A DNA stretch of 64,000 nt from Mizuhopecten yessoensis (taxonomy: Eukaryota). Shown here piece by piece: positions 53,221 through 64,000 of the stretch. The translations under genes were made by a program, and so were the position numbers. The DNA lies in NCBI RefSeq assembly GCF_002113885.1, contig NW_018403786.1, positions 1,329,729 through 1,393,728 on the forward strand, given 5' to 3'. A model generated the notes under the pieces. The model was not told where the DNA came from. It worked only from the letters and a program-made list of their open reading frames with translations, and ran no database searches. Position 1 is the stretch's first letter; every line of letters begins with the position of its first letter.

Positions 53221-55779
53221 GGTCAAAGGCGCTCAGTTGTTTTGCTGTGTTTTAACAGAGACTTTCAATTAAATACAATGCCATGGTTTTAACAATTTAA
53301 GATTTAACAGGTCATACGTACGTTATTTCCCAAACGGCCACCGTAGATGTTATAGTCTGGATGAACAGGAAGCGCTTTATTCATCGATAGACTTCAGTTA
53401 AAAACTCAGTGTTCAAAACTAATATTGGTCTACATAAGTTACAGTTATCAAAGTTGAGGTATGAAAGAGAGAGGAATGGGACTATATGAAACAGATAAAC
53501 GCAAACTGCAATCTGATTAAAATCATATGTACATGGCTTCGTTAACTTCGTACTACGCCAGGCGGAGCCATGTAACAGATGATTTTAATCAAATTGCGCA
53601 AACTGATGTTATGAAACAAATTCAGTCATTCTTTTTGAAGACGTATGATATAAGGTATGTAAAACCCTATCATAATCGAAAAAACTTTGTAGCTATGATA
53701 CATTTTTAAATAATTTTCTACAAGTGAGACGTAATTTTTATCACCAAATGGTAGCAGCGTTTTAGTAAGATCATATGTTATTGGAATGAAAAATATTACT
53801 GATAATGAGGTCATCATAGAGGCTACATCTCAATAGGAAGTGGAAATTGGTTTCATTTCTCTAGCAAGATGTATATAGATCTGAACGCTACCAATCGATT
53901 CCATCTAGTAAAGATACTTACTCAGCGAGCTACATTCCATTCTGAGCCTAGTATGGTGAATCTGAACATATGGTGACGCATGAATAGATTGTCCGTGTAA
54001 GATCTTTGTTAGTTTGTGCAACGACGGTTCCAATTTCAACATTTTACTTTTTGAGACGAATTGAACGAAGCGCCACAAAAAGGTGTCATGTACAGCAGTA
54101 TGGTAAATACCGTCATTTCTACCTGAGAGGTGTTTACGAATCTTTGGATAGTTAAAGGTTTTCCACCCTATACAACCCTATACAATCGTTACATCTAAAA
54201 TAATTGCTTGTGAGTTACTATCAGAATATTATATACGACGTCGACCAAAACGAGAAGTGATTGCATATTTGACTGTCAGGATCATTCATATGTCTTTAAT
54301 TTTCCAACATGAATCAGTAGTTCAACCGTTTGAGGACGGTCAGGAGTAAAATAAACCATTTAACAAAAAAAAAATGTCAAGTAGATTTAAAAGAACATTT
54401 TTTGAAGCTGTAATCTCTTAATTTGTTATTATTCAAGGGTACATATGTCGCAGATCGAAAATAAATCAATCGAGTATGACCTACATTACAGACTTATATA
54501 TAGCAATCTATATTCATAAGATTGAGTAAATATCATTATAGGATAATGGCTACAATGATGTAAAATATTAATTAGTTATTTTCTGTCTTAATTGTTTCTG
54601 TCGACCCTATATATAATAATTCCGTGACAGGTTTTATTAAGTTAAACAGCCTTTACATCCGCCATAATGTGATGGAATGTTTGTGCCCATATGTGTTCCC
54701 TATAAAACCAGTGCGAATGTACTCAACAAGCTAAGCTAAAATGCTTTTGAAAGAATAAAAAATAAACCCCACTTTTAATTTATATATATTTCAATCCTTG
54801 AAAACGTTGGCGATGATTTTCCCTTATAAATTGTTTTTATATTATTTATATGTAAACATAAAATCCTCTTGAAGGGTACACTTTAAAGCGCTCGGGACTG
54901 CAATTTTCGAAAATTTGCTACAAATACTTTTACTTGAGTTACATAAAAAAATGTGTCGTGTGTCAAATCACGGGATTCCTTGTCAAAACATTCAGTTTAT
55001 GCGATAGTGGTTTGACCACGGAATTAGATTAGAGGGTGTTATCTAAGTCCGTGGTTAAAGTTAAGTTTCCAACACAGGAGCCGATAGAGCTCCTCTATCC
55101 TGGACTAAAAAAACCAACAATTTTATAATATAAAGTTAAAGTTCATAAAGTAAAAAGGCCTAGATTGAACTGTCGTTCTTCACCTCCTCTCTTACCTTGT
55201 GTATATATATATGTTGACCTTTGAACTGTTAGGGTTATCAGAACGAGGCTCAAAAAGTTGGTAACGTGTTGGAAATTCCCTAAATTTCCCGTGTGTTCAG
55301 CAGAGTGGTTTTGTTTACATATCTATACGCATCGTTAGTGTTTTATATCAGTAGTTTTGCCAAGAAAGAAAAGAGAACAAGTTTATAGTAAGTATCAACG
55401 TTATTCCAAGGAAAAATGAGTTTTCAAATTTGTCTAAATATATTGATAATGATCAATAATATGACGCATGACGACGCGTTATTCAGGTACGGAATACAGC
55501 CTTATGTGGGGGTCAAAACAACATAACGTTACGTTGTATGATTAGAACATGTATTGTAAAACATCTGAAGATGTTGGGCATTCACGCAATAACGTGTTTG
55601 TTATAGGTTCACTGAATGCGGTTGTGTCTGGAGACCGAATATAAATAACACCCCCTCGTGGCTCGACCCAAATCAAATGGCATTGTCTCACAGTATCATC
55701 GTACATGCATAACAATGTTCTATATTTTATATAGGTCCCTACTGCAGTTTTGCCATTCAGACCTGGGTGTCGTGGCAAG

Positions 55780-58700
55780 ATGAGGAAGATCAGGCTGTCG
55801 GATACCGACATTGAATTCTTTGATTTGGAGGTTTCCCCGGCTGAGTTCTTGTTCTTTCAGAAGCACAAAGACGCCTTCAGATGCATGTGGAAGGAACAGG
55901 TACGCATTGGATGAGAGATATGGACATTACGAATACTAAAATGTCATTTCCACTTAGAGAATTCAGTCCATGACTAGATGCCCTTTCTAGTAAATTCTAC
56001 ACATGTAACAGGAAAGAGCTTGAGAGTACTAGCTAGTGCTTCCGCCTGGTATGTCAAACCAGCGACCCCAGCTGCCCTGCCTCTCTACCAATCCGGAAAT
56101 TCCACAACCCTATGTACAATTTAATCCTGCTATACTCCTCCATTTTAAAATGTCTTTGCCTACAAACGCCAACATTTGTACAACCCTAACTTCTGTCGCC
56201 TGACAGGGAGGGTGCCAGACACCATTTGTAACAGGAAAGAGAGAAGCATGGATTATATAGATAGAACAAGTCTCCTTTGCTCTACTGATTGAGCATCAGA
56301 GATTTCCCTCTACGTGAATGATGAAGCTTGAAGGTGACTGATATCCTAGGCCTTCCTTAAAAAAGTATTTGTTTGCAGTTTCTCGTCCGACTCACTAAAA
56401 ATGGCAACTATAATCAATATGTTTTGGGGAACTTTTGGTAATCAATTTTTCTTGCCAAAAATCACTGAACCAATTAGGATTTTTTATATAAAATATGATA
56501 TCTTCAAAAATTAAACAAATATTCTTACCTACCTATAGATACTTACTGATATAAATGTGATGAGGGAAACTGCAAAGAAACAAATTTTAGCTATTTCATA
56601 CGTGCGTAGATTTGTTCATACCCGTGCAGAAGGAAATTATCAGGAAGATATGTTTACAAAATAATTTCAGTGTTTGTATAGATCTGCTTCATCAAAATCA
56701 ACTCTCATACATTCTCAAATAATAACAAAATTGTTGGTATAGAATGTTATTATTTACTATTAGGCATAATGCAGGAAACACTCAAAAATATAAATTATCT
56801 TCACATTAATATTTGAGTGTTTTCAGATCAGACCCTTCCTTTGATAAACAGACCTTTTAAAACCTCACAGCTTGTTTTTTCGAAACTACAACTAAACATA
56901 TTTTCATCTGTTGCTCCTGGAGTGTATGTATCTAAGCAGGTCATTAGTGGAACATAAGAACCAGTTTTTATTTCTCGCTGATATGATTTTTTTAAGCCAC
57001 GTTGAAGACATTCTAATTTTTTAACAATCTTTTTTTTTGCTTTGAATGTAAGAATTGTTAATAATAGATATTTTCCTGTATTTGTTTTCACAGGGGAAGC
57101 CATTTTGGACAAAGTTTACAATAACTTTCCGCAGTTTTACAGTCAAACATGGAGTCATCAAACATATGTCATGTGACACGCCAAAGTTTGAAAACCTTTT
57201 GGACCAAGCTTTTATTTACATACATGAACAGTTTGTAGATGGTAGGTTGAACAAATTATAATAATAATAATTCAAGGTTCTTATGTCCCGCTTCATCACA
57301 ACCTAATTAGTAGGTCGTCTCAAAGCGGTTCACAAATTATCCGTGGTTATAGGGCATTTGCATCCAGCCAATATCTTTCTCAATTCCCTGGCGAGCATAC
57401 AGCCGGTGCTGCCATTTCGGCGCTCACAGCTAGCATTCAGCAAATCTAGCACTGCCCAACCACATACTCATTTACATCTGAGTAGACTGGAACAAGCGGA
57501 GTAAAGTGTCTTGCTCAAAGATACAACACAGTGCTGTGCTGCGACTCGTACCCGCAACCCTTCGGTCACGAGCCCGGTATCCTATCACTAGACTACCGTG
57601 CCTCCTAAAAATGATAAAAATGCAGCTCCACTCAATCAAACAAGCACAGTATTTGTTTTTTCTACAGTATTTTCTACTTTTATCTCGCCTGGCACAAAGT
57701 AGCTATGAGCTTACATGATGGTGCAGTTCCTCCCCGATGTACGGGGGGTACAATTTCATCTTTAGAGTAGCGCACACTATTTATCGCAGAGTATTTTGTC
57801 GTGCACACACAGGGCATTATGTAATGTTGTGCGATCCCATAACTAAATTATCAATGTTCTATTTTAGGCCTAATTCAATTTAGGTAGTAAAATTAGGGTC
57901 ATATTTATAAATGTAGTTGTGCTCCAGAATGCACATGTCATGCAACTGGTTTTAAGATGAGAATATGCGTTTATATTTATAACAAAATATAAGGAAGGTT
58001 CGGGTTGCATATTAGTAAAGTTGTACTACAAAGTATTGATTAAGGTCTATATGTTATATACTGACTGAATGGTATTACAGGTACAAAGTTTGGAGTTTGT
58101 GGTCTGTATATAATTGTTAAAAACTATGATCCTTTGATGTGAATTTAATTTGATAATTACAATTTTAGTACCTAGAACATACTATAAAGTGACAACTTTC
58201 TGAAAATGTTATAACAAAGTATATTAGATAATCTTATCTATATCATTTCCCAAGCAATTCTCAAAAGGCTTTATAATGTAATATTAACAGTACATTTATT
58301 TCTTATATGACGATCAACTTCCAATTCTATTTTGTAGGAAAAGAAGCAATGGCGCGGGGATTTATAGATGAGTGTGCCAGACTGGCTCAAAATCATGATA
58401 AATTTCCTCACCTTGACTCCAAATCATTCAGTAAGTTCATTAACTGTGATATTATATGACTTTTGTTTGATGAACAGTAAACAAACAAATGACGTAAAAG
58501 CTGTAAACATTTGGAATTTTCCACCAGGTTGTTATGATGTTATATTCATGTTATTTTTATTTTACAGCCAAAGACCCTTTCTATTCAAGAGATACAAGGT
58601 ATGTACAATTTTTACATTACTTTTATATTTATCAGTCTTGGAACAGATTTGTATGGAAGGAATTAATCACACTGATTTTGCTTTAACATGTAACATATAT

Positions 58701-61700
58701 TTGTGTGGCTTGAACTATTTCAATTACTCACAAAATTTATGAAGTATTCATTTCTGATGTCCATGGTTTGGTAATATTTTCAAAGTTCAGTTAAACATAT
58801 GTTTGTTTTTACTTGATGTATGGAATTTAAACTCAAGTAATAAAACATAGATTTGAGGTAATATTTATATGTCTTTTTCAAGTGTCAAAATACTGTTGAT
58901 CAGATTTTACTATGTGCAAATCAAGCAAAGACATTTTCACTTTTGTGTACAATGTATATATAATTTTGCCAATGAATATGAAGACAAAATTAAATTTGGT
59001 TAAGATACAATGCAAGGGGATTACTTCAGTATGTGATCAGTTTGTTTTAAAGATCCAAAGGCAAAATTCATTTAATAGATGGAAGTTGTGGTTATTTAAC
59101 ACCAGAGTTTTATAACTGTGATCTTTAATTTACTGTTGTTCTTATGTATAACTATATTTCTATCTTGTAATTGATAAGCCTGGTGGGTTGATGCATGATG
59201 TCCGGCTCAAAGTGTAGAGGAGTAGGATTATTAAAAGACCATGCAATTCTGTAGCATTTGTTAGTATTTTTACTTGACTGTAACAGTAACTGTCATCTCA
59301 TGTTTACAGAGACCTGTTCAGACGTTTTTTTGGTTCCCCTGACCAGAAGAGTTCATATGTCAAGGTAAATGAGGATTTTCTACCCACGTGTAATTATTGT
59401 ACAGTATCTCGCACAGAGAGTATTATTATATGGAGTGACTACTGGTAAAATGTTAGGTACACTTGCTGCAAGAATTTATCTGGGGCAGCTCCTATTATAT
59501 TGCAGGTACACTTGCTATTTATCTTCTGTAAATACATGTACTCCTTGAAATATCTTATCATAAACAGGTTTATTGGACAGAAAAAATTCAGTATTATATA
59601 TGTATGCAGTGGGACCCTGGTAATATGAGGTCTGTGTAGGGTTACATAGTTTTTGAGTTATACATGTGTAAATATGATGTCATCAAAATATGTATGTTAC
59701 ATATATTCATATTATTCGTACATGTATAATATTGGATTTATATATTATTAAATGCAAAATTTCTGATTTGGCAGATTTTCAGGTAGTCTTATAAAAGAAG
59801 TATTAATGTAAAATGTATGATGTTGAAATAACTTCTATTATATATATATACAATATTAACCTGAGATTTAATTAACTATTAAAGAAACTTTATACAGCTT
59901 ATTTTTAAAGTATATTGTTAATTTCAAATTACAATGTAACATCCAAATTAAAGAACATGGTTAAAACAAATTACCCAGGTATCCTTTGTAAAAAACATAT
60001 TGTAAAAAACATATCTTAAAGTCTGATATTAAGCCAAAATAATGCTCGAAATATGAATAATTTCTGTTACAGTTATTGGGTACTTGTACATGTATATAAA
60101 CATATCTGCTGTAATACAGGTGTATGTTCTGAGCCCCATTTACCTACGATTTGGAGGGTCTGTCTGCCGCTGTTTAAAAAAATGGATGGACGCACCATCA
60201 CAGGATTGCAAAGACGACTCGTACTGGATTCCGCCATCACCCCAACATCAAATAGAGGAAGAAAGTACAACAAAAGCACCAGTGCTCATGTGTACAAACT
60301 GTCTTGACGACTGTGGCACACGCTACTTTAAAGAGCGTATATGTGGCCAGCAAAATGGACCTAAATTTCTAGATTACTGGAAGCTAGGCGACCCTCGATT
60401 TAATGACCCTGATAACCCATTGTACAATAAAAAGGCCGATCGCGACAGTGATTGGCGAGACCGACTCTCCCCTGAAGACTTTAGAGATTTTACTCATTTT
60501 GCAAAATTTAAATATGGTACTGAGGAGGAAAAATGCAAAGACTGTTTGTCTCTGGTAGATAAAGATGACGGGTATGTTACCAATGTCAACCAAAAAAAGG
60601 ATAATGACAAAAAAAAGAAAAAGAAAAAGAAGAAAAAAGATAAGGAAGAGATAGCAAAGGAAAAACGTAAAGATGAGGTAGAAGAAGAGGTCCAGAGGAT
60701 AATTGATCACATAACAGGGAAAAAAACCCAGCAGGACATGCCACCAGTTCTCAGGGTGCGTACTGACACTGCTATCATCCAAGCAGACCCTTCCGACAGC
60801 CAAGCAGATACTAACTCCGGAAGCCCTGATAAGAAAAACTCTCCAGGGCCTGCCTTCCACAACATTGCCAAGAACAAGAAAATACTGTTCGGTAGCAATG
60901 CCAAGCGTTCCGATGACATCAAATTCGGGATCCTAGGCAATGATGACTTTTCTAAAGGAAATGTGGTGGGTGGTTTTAGAGTGTTTAAACTGGAGGACGA
61001 GAGGAGCGGTGCTAAGGAAATCACTATATCGGTCAACGCTGTCAATGTAAGTGGGCATCCTGATATAATGTAGTCTTTTGATTTCTATGAAAAAGTCAGT
61101 AAGCAGTTTGTGAATTATATATCAAAACAGTGTTGTCATCCCGATTTCATTCATTACATTTCATAATGGTACAATTTATGGCTAGCCAGCAATATCTATA
61201 CATGTACATCTCTTTATGGACATTTTTTTGTCAATGTGGTTTTGATGTTGCAATATCTGGGGATCCCAATGTAAGAGGTGCCCCCAGAAGCTGTAGAATT
61301 TTAACCTGTTCACCCCTGAAATTTCATAATGGACTATTCCAACCAAAAGTGTCTTCAGGGGTGAATGAACTATTGTGATTGGTCAGAAGAAAAGGTCAGC
61401 TGCCAAAAGATATTATCTCGAAAATATCTCGGAGGTTGGGGGGGGGGGGGGGGAGGAGAACAACCCGAGCCCACCTCCACCCCAACCCTGCAGGCTGCAG
61501 CCCTAGAAACACTGAAACCTGACAAGTTTAGTTTAAATTACAGATGCATTGTAATGCAATATGCTTAAGATTTGGTGATTTCACTTGAAAATATACTGCT
61601 ATGTTATTTCTATGAAGATATCACCTGAAACATGAATTATTTTTGTTGGTGCTCATGGTTAGGTAGTGTATAAATGGAATAGCCCGATACAGTACTATAC

Positions 61701-62799
61701 TTTTTGTACATCAAATTGGAAATTTGGTAATATGTTGTAGACTGTTGATTAGAACAAGGGTTTGCAAACTGAGAGGAAACTTTTTGGAAATAATGAATGT
61801 CACAAAACCAAGAGACCTCTGTTTTGGTACATATAAATAAAGGTTGAAGTTTCATGTTAAGGGAGAACTAAATGTAAGTATAAATATGTCATAATTAGGG
61901 GTTTCCTGATGGAGATACGAAAGATGCTGCGAAGATGGAGGCATCTGATGGTAGTGGTAACACCAATAGGTTATCTGTTGAGCTGATCAAGAGCAAGATT
62001 GAAAACCTACCAGACAAAATGGAATGGTGGGAAGGTGTCGGCTGGTGTGCCTGTGTCATCAACTACGAGGTGGAAGAGAAGGATGTCTGCCCAAACAATT
62101 ACACTAACTTTACCATCAAGATTACAGGCAGGAAGGAGATGGCCATCAAACGAGTCATGTTCAAATGTATGTTATTTTTTTTCTCAACTCTATGCTATTA
62201 TGCTGTACTAATGTGTGTGTACTTTGTATATACTACTCATCTTTTTCGAACATTTGACACAGACAACAGCCAGTACTGTCAATACAGAACTAAATCCTGA
62301 ACAGTGGAGCTGGATCAGCTGATACTGGCCCAGGCTAGTCGCTAACTTACTCAGCAGAAATATGATAAAGGAGTTACTATAAGTATTCAACAAGTTACAA
62401 ATTTCTGGCATCACAAGCAACTGTAAGGAGGTTCTGATGGGATTTTTCGTTTGTGAACGTAAAATACAAAGGAAAAAGACCAAATTTAAATTCCGGCAAA
62501 TATTTCTCTGTATGTATACAGTGAAGTCAAAATCAGATGAACATGTGTGGTGTTGCTTTCATTACCTTGTTCTTCATATTCCCCACTATTTTACCTTTGA
62601 TTGTACTTTTTCAGTGCTGATCTATGTGAGTAACAGAAAGAAGCGTCTGAGTCCTGGCTGGACCATGGATGACGATGATGTTGTGGCCAGCGTGCTTCCT
62701 GAGGAGATCCCAGAGGAGGAGTGCATTGTCATTACACTGCAGCAGGGCTTCAGGTTTGAGGAGAGGCTGTCGGATGAGGAACGCAAAACAATGAGTAGG
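55780..62799 (+). CDS. Uncharacterised multi-exon protein, 3'-incomplete (>609 aa). Exons 55780-55899, 57094-57241, 58338-58430, 58568-58598, 59310-59364, 60120-61046, 61899-62166, 62615-62799
   Basis: Eight exons join through GT-AG introns with consistent phases (0,1,1,2,0,0,1,0) into one open frame starting MRKIRLSDTDIEFFDLEVSPAEFLFFQKHK. Includes a CTNC motif and a K11 run. No family recognised. Confidence 0.85.
56004..56350 (-). mobile_element. Decayed copy of the tRNA-LTR miniature element (same family as 25558-25897)
   Basis: Two tgtaacaggaaagag LTR ends (56004, 56227). TGG PBS-like start at 56222-56224. Internal ggcaaagac...aaaatggaggag matches ggccaagac...aaaaggagggag. A box gctcaatcagtagagc at ~56279-56294. 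Confidence 0.65.
57258..57605 (-). mobile_element. Full-length tRNA-headed SINE (Meta/Deu-type central domain suspected)
   Basis: Minus strand head ggaggcacggtagtctagtga (A box) and gggtacgagtc (B box), then gttgtatctttgagcaagacacttt, a conserved centre and an (att)n tail. Second copy at 7220-7456. Confidence 0.85.
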
Positions 62800-63065
62800 G
62801 TATGTAAAGTAATTATATAAAACTTGTATACCTTGTGTAAACCAAGGTCTGACATATACTACTCCCATGATCTCAGTTGGATCATAAAAAATATAACTGA
62901 AGTTTGATACACATGGTGTTATCATCCTGAAAAAGTAAGTTCTGCTGTATTATAAAGTCTGGGGATATACTGAAGTCACGCCTGTCTGTAGATGCAATTT
63001 TGTCCACACTAAGGTTAAATATAATTTTGCAGACATAGTGGCCATATTTAAAACATATTTCTATC

Positions 63066-64000
63066 TTTTTAGCCCACCATCATCTGATGGTGGGCTATTC
63101 AAATCGCCCTGCGTCCATGGTCCATCCGTCCGTCTGTCCATCGTCCGTCCTTAAACAATTCTTGTTATCGCTGTTTCTCAAGAAGTACCAGAGGGATCTT
63201 TCTTACATTTTATATGTAGGTTCCCATTGGTCCCTCATTGTGAAGGTTAACTTTTGGGACTGATCGGATAAATAAAATGGCCGACAGGCAACCATCTTGG
63301 ATTTTGACAGTGAAGGTTTGTTATGGCTATTTCTCAGGAAGTACTGGAGAGATCCATCTCAAATTATATATGTAGGGTCCCATTGGTCTATATAGTTTTT
63401 CATGTTCATTTTGAGAATGATCAGATAAACAAAATAGCCGACAGGCTACCATTTTGGATTATGACAGTAAAGGAACAGGAGGGATCTTTCCTAAGTTTGT
63501 TATGTAGGCTCCCCTAGGTCTGTAGTTGGTCATGTTTACTTTTGAGACTGATCAGATAATCAAAATGGCCGAGAGGCCACCATCTTGGAATGTGACATTA
63601 AAGGTTTGTTATCGCTATTTCTCTGGAAGTGCCAGAGGGATCTTTCCCAAATTTGTTATATAGGCTCCCATGGGTCTGTAGTTGTTCATGTTTACTTTTG
63701 AGACTGATCAGATAAATAAAATGGCCGAAAGGCAGCCATCTTGGATTTTGAAACTGAATGTTTGTTATCGCTTTTCTCAATAAGAGGTGCAGAGATCTTT
63801 CTCAAATCTTATATGTAGGTTCCCCTAGGTCTTTATAGTTTTGCATATTTACTTTTGAGACTGATCAGATAAACAAAATGGCAGACAGGCAGCCATCTTG
63901 GATTTTCACAGTAAAGGTTTGTTAGTGCTATTTCCCAGGAAGTACTGGAGGGTTCTTTCTCAAATTCTATATGCTGATTCCCCACTATCCTTTATTGTTC
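63066..64000 (-). mobile_element. HINE-like element with ~150-bp internal satellite, truncated by the window edge
   Basis: Terminal hairpin tagcccaccatc-atct-gatggtgggcta (63070-63097), a (cgtc)n microsatellite, then repeats containing aaaatggccgacaggc..ccatcttggatttt. Confidence 0.85.

Noticed and set aside
60384-61045. Minus-strand ORFs with hydrophobic runs
   Set aside because: Antisense shadows of the Lys-rich plus-strand exon 60120-61046.

Overview
AT-rich, intron-containing animal genomic DNA. The repeat landscape suggests a bivalve mollusc (inference). I rebuilt five host genes by hand from GT-AG sites and reading-frame phases: (1) a Shisa/CYYR1/WBP1-like single-pass membrane protein with PPxY motifs (minus, CDS 8149-18457); (2) HEMK1 (plus, 24844-33337); (3) PSMA5 (minus, 36320-40128); (4) an intronless ankyrin/SOCS-box gene (minus, 51983-53056); (5) an unrecognised multi-exon gene (plus, from 55780, running off the window). 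Between them lie Helentron-type non-autonomous elements carrying satellite arrays, tRNA-headed SINEs, miniature LTR elements with tRNA-like sequence inside the LTRs, MITEs with 5-bp and 9-bp TSDs, a 3.85-kb hAT-like deletion derivative that keeps three spliced transposase exons, and LINE fragments. Most notable: two HEMK1 introns are built almost entirely from minisatellites seeded at the splice junctions, giving dozens of reiterated CAG|GT donor copies. There is also a ~1.5-kb palindrome duplicating the 3' end of the SOCS-box gene, which is probably an assembly fold-back because it starts at the only N. Most ORFs in the supplied track are repeat or antisense artefacts.
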